From contig OY760505.1 in NCBI GenBank assembly GCA_963663545.1, forward strand, positions 1,120,001 through 1,184,000: 64,000 nucleotides of DNA, given 5' to 3'. Below the pieces are notes generated by a model, which saw nothing but the letters and a program-made list of their open reading frames with translations, made no database searches and was not told the origin of the DNA. Below, in pieces: positions 26,742 to 36,302 of this stretch (positions within the stretch are counted from its first letter, which is position 1; each line of letters starts with the position of its first letter). The position numbers were made by a program, and so were the translations under genes. The stretch comes from Candidatus Delongbacteria bacterium (GTDB lineage Bacteria > CAIWAD01).

Positions 26742-29306
26742 TTACTCTTCGTCAGGTAGATGAACAACAGCCTCGCGGTTGCGCGGCAGAACAACATAGA
26801 AGCGGCTGCCTGCTCCCGGCACGGATTCGACCCTGATGTCGCCGTGATTCAGTTCGGCCAGCCGCTGCACGATGGCAAGTCCCAGTCCCTCGCCCGCGAC
26901 TTTGCCGTTGTTCTCGACACGCTGGAAGGGTTGGAAAATGCGCTCCTGCAATTCAAAGGGAATGCCGCGTCCGTTGTCGCTGACGCAGTATTCGACCTGG
27001 TTGCCCAGCATGCGACCGCTGACCGCGATGCGTCCTGGGCGATCAGGCTGCAAGTATTTGAGCGCGTTGTCCATCAGATTGGTGAAAAGCTGATCGACCT
27101 GCATGGCGTCGCCATAACAGTTGGGCAGTTGCTCTTCGATGTGAACCGTGGCGTCGGCCTGATCGATCTGATAGCTCAAGGCCTGCACGATGCGTTGCAG
27201 ACGGAAGCGCATTTCGAGCGGTTCAGGATCGCTTTCAACGCGCCCCAGACGCACGAAGCGGATTAGGCCGTCCAGTAGGCGGTCCATGTGTTCTGCGGCG
27301 CCCAGAACGCCTCCCAACAGTTCGTGGACGCGATCGTCCTTGGCGGGTACAAGTTCCTGACAACGGCGACGCAGTGCGCGACCGTATCCGGCGATTCCCA
27401 GCACAGGCGCACGCAGATCGTGTGATACAATCTGCAGCAGCTTCTCAAGATCGCTGCTCTTGGTCTTCCACTCGCTCATCAGACGGTGGCGCTCACTCTC
27501 GGCCTGCTCCAGATCGGTGATATCGAGATAATAGCCGGCACTTCCCAGCAAGCGCCCTTCGGCGGTGTACAATCCGCGTCCTACAACTTGTACCCAGCGG
27601 ACGGCACCATCCTTGTGCAACAAGCGGAAGCGCAGATTGAAAGGCCGCTGTTCACGCAGCGCCTCGTTGTACTGCCGGTCGGCTTCCGTCATATCCTGCG
27701 GATAACCTAGATCGCGTAGCACCATTTCGCCACTGCAAATCTGCTCTTGGGTGAAGCCCGTCAAGTGTTCGCAGCCGCGGCTCACATAGACCGGCATCAT
27801 GCGCTCACGCAGCTCGCAGCGGAAGGTCATGCCGTGCAAATTGTCGAGCATGGCTATCAGCGAATCGTGCTTGCGACGAACTTCCGAAAGCGTGCTCTTG
27901 CGCTCGACAAGCTCCTGCCGCAGTTCGTAGTTGCTGCGTGCCAGATCCTGCGTGCGCAGAGCGACCTGCTCTTCAATCTCGCCCTCAAGGCGCCGCAGGG
28001 CATTCTCGAGCAGAAGGCGATCATGATTGGTCAGAATCAGCCCGGCGATTTGTGATACTCCGCCAGCGAAATTCCACTCATCTGTCGTCCACTCGTGTAC
28101 TTTTGTGGCGGCCATGCTGAGAACACCAGCCACCTGCCCCTTTGCGAGAACGGGAACATCGATGATGGCGCGTAGCTGATAGGGAAGCAAATGCTCTCGC
28201 GCCCAGTCGGCAAGTCGCGGCGAATTGGCCACATCGGATTCGGCAATGATCTCGCCGCGCAACAGTTGCCTGGCATAGGCTCCCTGCGTTGCCACATCAA
28301 ACACCAGATCCTGCGACTCGCTACCGTCAGGCAGGCGCCGCAGCACCAGGCGTAACTGTTGACGGTCACCGGAGACAAGCCAGATGCCGATCGCCAGGTC
28401 TGGCAGAGTTTCCTGCACACTCAGCACAAGACGCCCCAGCGCATCCCGCAGATCGTTCTCGTCCTGCAGATTCAAACCGCTTAGACGTGATAGCCCACGC
28501 TGCAAATGCAGCAGGTCCTGCTCACGTTCGCGAAGCTGTGCCACCGCCTGTCCCCGCTGCTCGCCCTCCTGCTGGAGCTCAAGCCGGGTGCGATCCAGCT
28601 CCTGCTTGCGAAGCCGCGTACTTAGCTGCACGCGGTAGCGCTGCAGCGAAAGAATCCAGGCCATCGGAAGAATGCCCAGGATGGGCAGGTATTGCAGCAG
28701 GATTTCCTGAATGGGCTGAGCTAGAAAGAAAAGGGAGGCCACCAGCAGCGCCGTCAGCCCGACCAATTCCAGTACAAGCATCAGAATGCCGTCCAGCGGA
28801 AAGAGGATCACGATGAGTAGCAGCGCCAGAATGAACTTGGGTTGGCTGTGAAACAGTTGTTGATCGGCCACGCTTTGCACGCCGCTCCAGACCATGACCA
28901 GCATCAGCGTGAGAAGAAAGAGAAGTCGATGGAACCAGCGAATACTGTGGGAAGCACTTACCGGAAAGAGATGCAAGAGGGCTTGCAACACAAACAGCAA
29001 GGCAAGTAGCGCCAGGTCGGTCTGCCAAACCAATTGCTGCAGCGTGCTGGACAACAGCCCAGGCAAGAGAAAACTATCGAGGGGAAGCATGAAGCCCAAC
29101 AGAAGCATGAGGGCGAAAGCGGCTACGCGCAGTTGCTGCAAATTGCGTTTGAGCAGCGAGTCATGAAACTCACGAATACCGTCTTCGCCGACTGCGCTGA
29201 ATTCATCCACCAAGTGTTGGCGTAATCGCTTCAAGAGCCGCTTCCTTTTACTTCCACGGGCATCGGGTTTCGCGCCACCCCGCGCCTCATGCGGACACAC
29301 GAGCAA
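26742..29306 (-). CDS. Membrane sensor histidine kinase (multi-TM, GAF, PAS, HisKA, HATPase); start codon uncertain
   Basis: VSHDLRAP H-box, NLMDNALKY, DNGRGI and GEGLGL. Confidence 0.92.
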   Translation of the reverse strand: MLVCPHEARGGAKPDARGSKRKRLLKRLRQHLVDEFSAVGEDGIREFHDSLLKRNLQQLRVAAFALMLLLGFMLPLDSFLLPGLLSSTLQQLVWQTDLALLALLFVLQALLHLFPVSASHSIRWFHRLLFLLTLMLVMVWSGVQSVADQQLFHSQPKFILALLLIVILFPLDGILMLVLELVGLTALLVASLFFLAQPIQEILLQYLPILGILPMAWILSLQRYRVQLSTRLRKQELDRTRLELQQEGEQRGQAVAQLREREQDLLHLQRGLSRLSGLNLQDENDLRDALGRLVLSVQETLPDLAIGIWLVSGDRQQLRLVLRRLPDGSESQDLVFDVATQGAYARQLLRGEIIAESDVANSPRLADWAREHLLPYQLRAIIDVPVLAKGQVAGVLSMAATKVHEWTTDEWNFAGGVSQIAGLILTNHDRLLLENALRRLEGEIEEQVALRTQDLARSNYELRQELVERKSTLSEVRRKHDSLIAMLDNLHGMTFRCELRERMMPVYVSRGCEHLTGFTQEQICSGEMVLRDLGYPQDMTEADRQYNEALREQRPFNLRFRLLHKDGAVRWVQVVGRGLYTAEGRLLGSAGYYLDITDLEQAESERHRLMSEWKTKSSDLEKLLQIVSHDLRAPVLGIAGYGRALRRRCQELVPAKDDRVHELLGGVLGAAEHMDRLLDGLIRFVRLGRVESDPEPLEMRFRLQRIVQALSYQIDQADATVHIEEQLPNCYGDAMQVDQLFTNLMDNALKYLQPDRPGRIAVSGRMLGNQVEYCVSDNGRGIPFELQERIFQPFQRVENNGKVAGEGLGLAIVQRLAELNHGDIRVESVPGAGSRFYVVLPRNREAVVHLPDEE

Positions 29307-29343
29307 CAGTTAGAATGTCGGGAAATTCAGGCGGGTTCTATAT

Positions 29344-29500
29344 AAAAAAAGGGTCGCCCAAGGCGACCCACCTCCCATACCCACACCTAGCAGCCCCGAA
29401 ATGAGAGCTGCGGTGTTTTGCTATTGGGATTTGCTCCGCACGCGGAGCCAGGCAGATTCCCAAGAAACAACACTGCAGCGTGAACTACAGTGTTGGTAAC
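29344..29500 (-). ncRNA. Candidate structured sRNA or 3' UTR element ending in an intrinsic terminator
   Basis: Three consecutive hairpins (29468-29495, 29424-29463, 29383-29416), then GGGTCGCC-TTG-GGCGACCC-T7. Confidence 0.45.
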
Positions 29501-29609
29501 AGCCATTTCAGTTATGCCACGAATGGCACGTACAGGCCGATAGATACTATTTGCTCAGGAGATTTACAACGAGAACCACCTATTCAGCGAAACTGTCCAC
29601 AGATTTCGT

Positions 29610-30080
29610 TCAGCGAATGTTGTGAATGTCCAGAAGGCGATCCGCCACAAAGGCCATCACTTCATCATCGCTGTAGTAGCCGTTTTTGACCCGCTCCGAG
29701 ACTTCCGCCATCAGGTCGTTGCGATAATCGGCGCGAGCCTCTTCAGACGCCTGGGCGTTGCTGTCCTGCGCCTGTACAGCTTCTTCTGTAATGCGCTCGC
29801 TGATCTTATCCACAACGCTCTCCTGATTGTAGTATCCCGAGGCAACTCTCGCCTTCGCCTGCTCTACCAGATCTTCCCGCACATCCGGAATCTCGGAGGC
29901 CGCGGCCATCAGAGCGGAATGAAGACGCGACAGCTCGCGCGCACTCTCGCTGATGCTCACTTGTTCTCCGCGCTGCAGCTCCGTACTCTCCGTCGTCTGC
30001 GGCGTAGTACGCGCCGTCTTGTTTTCTACCTTCGTCAGGTCAAGACCTAGGCTGCGTCCGATGTCATTGCGAATTTCCAT
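29610..30080 (-). CDS. flgM: FlgM-like anti-sigma28 factor with a duplicated C-terminal module
   Basis: VSISESAREL...PDVREDLVEQAKARVASGYY, GGAGG RBS, and position downstream of fliD-fliS. Confidence 0.8.
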   Translation of the reverse strand: MEIRNDIGRSLGLDLTKVENKTARTTPQTTESTELQRGEQVSISESARELSRLHSALMAAASEIPDVREDLVEQAKARVASGYYNQESVVDKISERITEEAVQAQDSNAQASEEARADYRNDLMAEVSERVKNGYYSDDEVMAFVADRLLDIHNIR

Positions 30081-30105
30081 GCTTCCTCCAGGGCTCGCTG
30101 CAACC

Positions 30106-30336
30106 CTATCCATATATGTCGAGATATCTTCCCTTGCTCAGTTCACGGGGGACTCTGCGCTCCTCCGTGTCATCGCCGGCGGCATCCGTCGCCGTCAACT
30201 GCCCGGCTTTCGCCAGCACCGCAGGGTTGTCGATCATGCGATCGTCAAACTCCTCGGCTTTCTGTCCGGCTTTCAACAGATCGGGCCGATAAGCGCCGAC
30301 CTGCATCACGTGCCCGCTAACTCCATTGACCGCCAT
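30106..30336 (-). CDS. Small hypothetical protein in the flagellar operon
   Basis: Fills the gap between fliS and flgM, has a GAGG RBS, and ends in KGRYLDIYG. Confidence 0.65.
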   Translation of the reverse strand: MAVNGVSGHVMQVGAYRPDLLKAGQKAEEFDDRMIDNPAVLAKAGQLTATDAAGDDTEERRVPRELSKGRYLDIYG

Positions 30337-30344
30337 TGTCAGCC

Positions 30345-30767
30345 TCAGGCCATCATGCCGCTACTGCGGTCGTGCTTCACATCCAGGCTGCCCTCATGAC
30401 GGGCAATAACCTGAGCCCATGTTTCACGCAAATCTTCAAGAATGCGTATTACAACGTCCAGGTGCTCGGGATCGTTGTTCATGTTGGCTTCTGTGATACG
30501 CCGCATCATGAAATCGTAGAGTTGATCGAGGCTCTGGCTGATCTCGCGCCCGCGCTCCATATCGAGGGATTTGCGCAGCTCACCAATGGCGCGCAACCCC
30601 TTGTCCAATCGTTGACCACGCAGATCAAAATCCTGCTCCGTCATGGCCCGCCGCGCGTCCTGCAGGGAGCTGATTGCCAAGTCATAGACCATCAGCAGAA
30701 GCTTGCCACGATCGGCGGTCTGAACCTGGGTTTGACTGTACTGTCGGACTCGAAGATCCTGGCCCAT
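30345..30767 (-). CDS. fliS: Flagellar export chaperone FliS
   Basis: QVQTADRGKLLLMVYD, SLDMERG, LYDFM and LRETWAQV. Confidence 0.95.
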   Translation of the reverse strand: MGQDLRVRQYSQTQVQTADRGKLLLMVYDLAISSLQDARRAMTEQDFDLRGQRLDKGLRAIGELRKSLDMERGREISQSLDQLYDFMMRRITEANMNNDPEHLDVVIRILEDLRETWAQVIARHEGSLDVKHDRSSGMMA

Positions 30768-30779
30768 GATGGTCCTTTC

Positions 30780-32408
30780 TTATGAGAGCTGGCTGAGATA
30801 GTCAGACTGCGATTGCAGCGTCGCTAGAGTGGTCTCCATCGCGATGTATTGCTGCTCCATCGCCGCACGGGTCGCCTCTAAGCGGCGCTCCATGTCCTCG
30901 ATCTGCTCGTCAAAATTGGCGATGCTTTCTTCCAGACGATCCATCTGGAAATGAATGGCGCCTTCCTGATCGTCCGTCAGGCGGGAGCTAAGGGATTCGT
31001 GCAGAGGCGCAATGCCCAAGCCCAGCGTAATGAGAACGCTAAGCGTGCCTTCCTCTTCCGGCGGATCGAAGTAGAGGCGCAGGCCTTCGGCCCTTGTGCC
31101 CTCGGCGCCCAGAATGAAGCGTCCTTCGATCTCTGCCTCTACGCCGTCAATGGTGGCAGCACTAATGCTGCCGTCGGCGTCATAGGTCATCTCGACCTGG
31201 TACTCGCCACCTGAAGTACGATCACTATGCGAGAAATAACTAAGCGCATCATTGCTGGTGGAGCTGGTCAAGGTGAAGAGCTGACCGAAATCCTCGAAGC
31301 TCTCCGAAAGCACGTCATCCAGCTTGGTGGAATCAATTTCCAGGATTCCATCTTCACTCAACGAAATGCCCACTTCACTCAGGCTGGTAAACTGGAAGCC
31401 CTCGCCCAGCCCTTCGACCGGACGTGTGGCCGCCTTCAGCAGACGGTTCTTCAGACTGCGAGTACCGCTATCTCCGAATAGCGCACCTGCTTCTTCGTCT
31501 TCCAGATCGTAAGTATCGTAGTCGTCGATCAGGCTCAACACCCCGTTGAAGGCATCCACCCAGCCTTGGATGCGCTCCTTCACCGTGGCGTTGTCGCGGG
31601 TAATGGAGATCTGAATGATATCGCCATCGCTGACATCGTTGAGCTCAAGGGTAACGCCTTCCAGCACGTCACTGACCTCGTTGCTGTCGGATTCAATCCA
31701 ACCGGTGGGCGGGTAGCCATCCACGCGAATCTGCGCGTTCTGACCGGTCGTGATCTGGCTGAAGCCCTCCTCGCCGAAGCCTTCGAGGGTAGTGGCCTCA
31801 TCAATGACGATCTGCGAGCTCGTGCCGGTCTCGGTGCTGGTTAGAATCAGGTGATAGGCCGTGTCACTACCGCTGCCATCGTTGATGATGGTGGCGCGCA
31901 CGCCCGGGTTGTCGGAATCGTTATTGATCAGCTGCTTCAGCTCGGCCAGAGTTGTACCGTTGGCCACATTGAGCGTCACGGTCTCCTGATCCTCGCCCGT
32001 GCCGTAGGTGTACACGAACTGCTGAGTACTGCCGCTGCTGTTGATGGCGGTGTTGTTCAGGTCCGCTACTCCCCCGTGCGTGGCCCGGGAAGCCGTGGCC
32101 AACCGATTGACCTCGATGCTGTAGTTGCCTTCAACAGCTCCCGTACCCGCAGTGGCGCCCACAATGTCCTCGTCGCTGGACGCGCTGCGATAAGCCAGCA
32201 GGTCATCCAGATTCGTCAGATCTGCTGAGGCGGTTTCGAGGCTAAGCAGCTTGGTATTGATCTGGCGCCAGGCCTCCAGCGCCTCCTGCTCTTTGGCTTG
32301 ACGTCGCTCAAGCAGAGTTACCTTGTTGCCTTCAATCTCCATGAGGGAATCAATTGTGCTTTGCCAATCGATTCCGGAAGACACGCCGCTGACGGATGTA
32401 GTGCTCAT
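30780..32408 (-). CDS. fliD: Flagellar filament cap protein FliD
   Basis: SGVSSGIDWQSTIDSLM N-terminus, SNEVSDVLEGVTL, and C-terminal coiled coil QYIAMETTLATLQSQ. Confidence 0.95.
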   Translation of the reverse strand: MSTTSVSGVSSGIDWQSTIDSLMEIEGNKVTLLERRQAKEQEALEAWRQINTKLLSLETASADLTNLDDLLAYRSASSDEDIVGATAGTGAVEGNYSIEVNRLATASRATHGGVADLNNTAINSSGSTQQFVYTYGTGEDQETVTLNVANGTTLAELKQLINNDSDNPGVRATIINDGSGSDTAYHLILTSTETGTSSQIVIDEATTLEGFGEEGFSQITTGQNAQIRVDGYPPTGWIESDSNEVSDVLEGVTLELNDVSDGDIIQISITRDNATVKERIQGWVDAFNGVLSLIDDYDTYDLEDEEAGALFGDSGTRSLKNRLLKAATRPVEGLGEGFQFTSLSEVGISLSEDGILEIDSTKLDDVLSESFEDFGQLFTLTSSTSNDALSYFSHSDRTSGGEYQVEMTYDADGSISAATIDGVEAEIEGRFILGAEGTRAEGLRLYFDPPEEEGTLSVLITLGLGIAPLHESLSSRLTDDQEGAIHFQMDRLEESIANFDEQIEDMERRLEATRAAMEQQYIAMETTLATLQSQSDYLSQLS

Positions 32409-32494
32409 GCTTTGTTCGCTCTCACTGACTCTACGGCAATTCGGCCAACCCTTTGCAAGTATCGTGACAACTCCGCACCAGCCCGATAGATCGA

Positions 32495-32521
32495 GCATCG
32501 GCAGAGTGGGTGCATTCTCGA
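32495..32521 (-). promoter_or_regulatory. Putative sigma28 promoter for fliD (TCGA-N15-GCCGATGC)
   Basis: Partial match to TAAA-N15-GCCGATAA upstream of a late flagellar gene. Confidence 0.5.
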
Positions 32522-32741
32522 GTCCGTCCCCTGTCCACAAGCCCCTGTTACAACCCCGCTCTGCTCCTGTAGCGGGTTCCAGCGAATCGAGATCTCTTGT
32601 TAGAGCAGATGCGAAATAGAAAAGCCGCGAAGTTCCGAAGTCTTCTGGCGCCCCTTCAGCAGCGGTCACAACCCGCGAACCGGCAATATCCCCCACCGGG
32701 CGGCAGGCTCTTCCCCTGCCTTTGCTCGATGCCGCGCAAAC

Positions 32742-32769
32742 AAAAAGCCCCGCCATGAAGCGGGGCTTT
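32742..32769 (-). terminator. Intrinsic terminator after rplI
   Basis: AAAAAGCCCCGC-CATGAA-GCGGGGCTTT. Confidence 0.8.
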
Positions 32770-32795
32770 GATTAGCCTTGAATTGGAATACTCGG

Positions 32796-33380
32796 CTAGG
32801 CCTCGTCTTCCTCGTCGGTGGGCTCTTCGGTCTCGACAACCGGAGCCTCCTCGACCTCGATGGTCGGAGGCAGCTCGCCGCGCTCAGCGGCTTCAGCGGC
32901 GGCGATTTCAGCCTCGAGGGCTGCACGCAGACCGGCATCGGCGTCCACGACGCTCAGGCGCACCATGGCCTGAATGTCACCGTAGAGCTTGATGGGCAGC
33001 TCGAAAGTACCCAGCGCTTTGATGGGAACTTCAAGCATGATGCGGCGACGGTCGATGTCCAGACCGACTTCCTTCAGCAGGTCGGCCACGTTGTGCGCGG
33101 TAACACTACCGTACAGACGGCCCTTGTCACCGGTCTTGACCGCAATGGACAACTCCTGGGACTCGATGCGCTCCTTCAGGGCGAGGGCGCGGGTACGGCT
33201 ACGATCGGCCTCCGACATCAGCTGCTTCTTCTCTTCCTCGAAGCGGCGCAGGCTGCCCTTGTCGGCGATGTAGGCGAATCCCTGGGGAACCAGATAATTA
33301 CGAGCGTAACCAGGCTTCACCTCGACGACAGCGCCGATCTTGCCCAGCTTCTCAACATCAGTGCGAAGAATGACCTTCAT
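32796..33380 (-). CDS. rplI: 50S ribosomal protein L9 with acidic C-terminal tail
   Basis: MKVIL...VKPGYARNYLVP and LYGSVT. Confidence 0.98.
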   Translation of the reverse strand: MKVILRTDVEKLGKIGAVVEVKPGYARNYLVPQGFAYIADKGSLRRFEEEKKQLMSEADRSRTRALALKERIESQELSIAVKTGDKGRLYGSVTAHNVADLLKEVGLDIDRRRIMLEVPIKALGTFELPIKLYGDIQAMVRLSVVDADAGLRAALEAEIAAAEAAERGELPPTIEVEEAPVVETEEPTDEEDEA

Positions 33381-33390
33381 GCTTTCCTCC

Positions 33391-33615
33391 TTAGGCAGGA
33401 TTGTCCGCCACGAAGGGCAGCAAAGCCAGAATTCGAGCCCGCTTGATCGCGGTAGTCAGCATCCGCTGGTGCTTGGCACAAGTACCGGAAACACGACGCG
33501 GAATAATTTTTCCCCGCTCGGTAAGGAAGCGGGACAGGCGCTTCTCGTCACGATAGTCGATGTACTTCACACCGGCTTCGCAGAAGCGGCAGATACGCTT
33601 GCGGTGGTAGGCCAT
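33391..33615 (-). CDS. rpsR: 30S ribosomal protein S18 (Zn-binding type)
   Basis: [26 protein letters not shown] and AIKRAR. Confidence 0.98.
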   Translation of the reverse strand: MAYHRKRICRFCEAGVKYIDYRDEKRLSRFLTERGKIIPRRVSGTCAKHQRMLTTAIKRARILALLPFVADNPA

Positions 33616-33617
33616 GT

Positions 33618-34079
33618 TTAGTCCTCCTTCCTGGCGCGGGGCTCTCTGCGCGGACGCTCGTCACGCGGACGCTCGTCACGTTCCATGCCATCGTCGTCGC
33701 GGCCACCGGGACGGGTGGCAGTATTGCGACGCTCCATCTCCTTGCGATAACGATCCTGCGTCATGGCCTTGAAGCGAATGTCGCGATCGCTCATGCGCAC
33801 GGCCAGGTGACGGAAGATGTCGTCGGAGAGGGCAAACCAGCGCTTGACGGGGGTAATGGCTTCACCGGGCAGCAACACCTCGGAGTAGATGTAGTAGCCG
33901 TACTGGCGCTTTTCGATGGGATAGGCCAGGCGCTTCTTGCCGACACGGTCGACCTTCTGCACCTCGCCACCGAGCTTCTTCAGCTGCTCGGTGTACTTGG
34001 CGATCACCGCATTGATGCGCTCATCGTCGAAGTTGGGTTCGGCGATGAAGGTGATCTCATACTGTCTCAGCTCACTCAT
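33618..34079 (-). CDS. rpsF: 30S ribosomal protein S6
   Basis: Start [12 protein letters not shown] after AAGGAG, and [11 protein letters not shown]. Confidence 0.97.
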   Translation of the reverse strand: MSELRQYEITFIAEPNFDDERINAVIAKYTEQLKKLGGEVQKVDRVGKKRLAYPIEKRQYGYYIYSEVLLPGEAITPVKRWFALSDDIFRHLAVRMSDRDIRFKAMTQDRYRKEMERRNTATRPGGRDDDGMERDERPRDERPRREPRARKED

Positions 34080-34084
34080 GTGGG

Positions 34085-34131
34085 CTCCTTCTGGACCTAT
34101 GTCCGCTCGGCCCGTCCGAGCGGAAAGAAGC
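34085..34131 (-). promoter_or_regulatory. Probable S6:S18-binding mRNA leader
   Basis: CTTCT pairs with AGAAG of the SD region, inner stem TCCGCTCGG/CCGAGCGGA, and unpaired CCA (CCR) just 5' of the SD, as described for this leader class. Confidence 0.55.
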
Positions 34132-34195
34132 GTTTGCGAAGCCAAAAAGTATAGGATATGAGAAACAACTATGCAAGAGAACGGCCTTCGCGTCC

Positions 34196-34702
34196 TCAGT
34201 CGGAGCGCTTTGCCTGACTGCGATCCCAGGCTAGAAACAACAGACGACCGCCAACCATGCCCAATACGGCTTGCACCAGGTTGGGCAGTAACTCGGCAAG
34301 GGCACTGGCGGGGCCGCCCAGAGCATCGATTCGGTACTCCCCCAGGAAGTAGATCAGCACCATGCTCATGGAGCCAAGCAGCAGAAAAAGGTAGTGCAGG
34401 TGGCCGCTGCGGCCGCGCGCGTTGCCGATGATCCAGCCTTCTATTCCCTTGGCCAGAAACGTGAGCGGAGCAAAAAGCGCATAGCCCCCCGCCACGTCCG
34501 CCAGCGCACTGCCCAAGCCACCCGCCAGCAATCCGCCGGTGCGTCCCAGGGCCAGTGCGGCAAAGACCACAGCCACATCGCCAAAATTGAAATAGCCAAT
34601 GCCGACGGGAAAACGCACGAAGAGGGTTCCCAGCGTCACTACGACCAACATGCCTGCCAGGGTGTACCATTTAGGTTTTGTCACACGCTCTCCTTTCGGC
34701 AA
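34196..34702 (-). CDS. ECF transporter S component (PdxU2/HmpT-like)
   Basis: GYFNFGD...GGLGSALAD...GY..FAPLTFLAKGIEG. Confidence 0.88.
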   Translation of the reverse strand: MPKGERVTKPKWYTLAGMLVVVTLGTLFVRFPVGIGYFNFGDVAVVFAALALGRTGGLLAGGLGSALADVAGGYALFAPLTFLAKGIEGWIIGNARGRSGHLHYLFLLLGSMSMVLIYFLGEYRIDALGGPASALAELLPNLVQAVLGMVGGRLLFLAWDRSQAKRSD

Positions 34703-35277
34703 TGTTGCCAGCGATTGTCCATCAGTTCGCCCACCAGCTGCGCCTCCTCCAGCACAAACAGCAGCAGCGCCAGAATCAATTGCATGCCGCGCCGGAATCG
34801 TCGCCGAATCCGGGTTTCGCTTTCCGCTTGCGGATACAGCTCCAGCGCCAACTCCAGCTCCGGCAACACGCCTTCAGCACGTGCCAGCAGAATTCGAATC
34901 AGCAACACGCTCTTACGAACGGTCTCCCCTAGTGGCAAGCTCAGGATGTCGCTGAAGCGGAGGCTTCCCAACAGCAGCGCTACAAGGAAGAAACCATTGC
35001 CCATGAGCAAGGCAATGCCCGTGCCATGCAGCAGACTTTGCATGGGGTGATGCATCACGACGCCCGCCAGCAGATTGAGCACCAGAATGATCACCGCCAG
35101 TGGCATGAACAGTTTGAACTGGGCCAATAGCGCTCGCCATCCGCGCAACAAGCCAAAACCAAACAGCACCAGCAGAAACAGCAGTGTCTGCACCGTCATG
35201 TTGCGCGCCAGCAGTCCGCAGGGAAACACCAGAAAGGTTAGCAGCAGCCCCGATACTACCCACATGCGCCTGCTCAT
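34681..35277 (-). CDS. Divergent ECF T-component-like membrane protein
   Basis: About 4 N-terminal TM helices, then amphipathic coupling-type helices ending GELMDNRW. It lies between the ATPase-like genes and the S component. Confidence 0.6.
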   Translation of the reverse strand: MSRRMWVVSGLLLTFLVFPCGLLARNMTVQTLLFLLVLFGFGLLRGWRALLAQFKLFMPLAVIILVLNLLAGVVMHHPMQSLLHGTGIALLMGNGFFLVALLLGSLRFSDILSLPLGETVRKSVLLIRILLARAEGVLPELELALELYPQAESETRIRRRFRRGMQLILALLLFVLEEAQLVGELMDNRWQHCRKESV

Positions 35278-35804
35278 GTATCACGCCTCCGCAGAGCGAC
35301 CTCGACTACTTCCGGCTCCAGCCGCCGAAAAAGGATCTCTTCGAAGCCGGACAGCACACGAACAGCGTGTGATACAAGAATGAGCGTGTCACCAACAGCC
35401 GGACGCGCGCAGGCATGTTCTACGCTTTCGTATGACTCCGGCTCATCCTGCAGCCAAACGCAACCAGCTTCTACGCCATCGTGAAGCCGTAATGTGGCCA
35501 GGTGATCCAGCTGTTCACTGAGATCGGCACCACTCTCCCCCGCCAGCAAGCGCCCGGCACGAAGGACCAATGCCAGCGCCTGTGGATCCTGCGGAATATA
35601 GCTCAGATGTGGAGATGGCTTCAGGACTTGTAATGCCGGCAGTAACACATGCCTCAGGAAGCTGCTCTTTCCAGCGCCATTGTCACCCGTAATCCAGTAC
35701 CGATAACCGTGATACAAACTCAGAGCCTCTGGAAAGCGCAATTCCAGTTTCCGGTAAAGGCGCACTCGCCCTCGAGGAATCTCCAGTAGCAGACGGTCAG
35801 CCAA
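35274..35804 (-). CDS. Short ABC ATPase-like protein (Walker A/B, Q-loop and H-loop; no LSGGQ)
   Basis: GDNGAGKSS, YIPQD, WLQDEP and ILVSH. Confidence 0.8.
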   Translation of the reverse strand: MADRLLLEIPRGRVRLYRKLELRFPEALSLYHGYRYWITGDNGAGKSSFLRHVLLPALQVLKPSPHLSYIPQDPQALALVLRAGRLLAGESGADLSEQLDHLATLRLHDGVEAGCVWLQDEPESYESVEHACARPAVGDTLILVSHAVRVLSGFEEILFRRLEPEVVEVALRRRDT

Positions 35805-36189
35805 GGAGCACCACCTCCATTCCGGCTGACTGGCGCTCCCCTATCAGCGCGCGAAGGAGTTCCCTGCGCTCCTCGTGCAGGGGCCCCAGGCAGAAACTCA
35901 GGACGACACGAGTTGCCGCCGAGCACAGTGCGATGCTGATTCCCAGCATCAATTGCTGGCCGCCGGACAGGCAGCGGCATTCTGTATTGACGTCGACGTC
36001 ACAAGCGGACAAGCGCCGATATGTATCACGCACTCGTGGCCAGTCTTTCTCATCCATGTGATACATCAGAAGTTCATCGGCGGGAGTGCTCATGGCGAGT
36101 AGCGGGCGTCGTCCGTCCAGTACCAGGGCATCTGCGCCCCACTGTTCCAGGGAAGCTAAAACCTCGTGAATCAAGCAGGCATCCTCCAA
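35797..36189 (-). CDS. ABC-ATPase fragment-like protein carrying only the LSGGQ signature region
   Basis: CLSGGQQLMLGISIAL with no Walker A and a degenerate Walker B. It overlaps the next gene. Confidence 0.62.
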   Translation of the reverse strand: MEDACLIHEVLASLEQWGADALVLDGRRPLLAMSTPADELLMYHMDEKDWPRVRDTYRRLSACDVDVNTECRCLSGGQQLMLGISIALCSAATRVVLSFCLGPLHEERRELLRALIGERQSAGMEVVLLG

Positions 36190-36302
36190 TCCGCAGAGGC
36201 AAGGTAGCGATGCCAGGGCATGCCCGGCAAGCCAATGAAAACGGGCGACAGTGGTCCACCGTCGCCCGTTGATGCGCTAGCAATACTACGAGAAGTCGTA
36301 GA

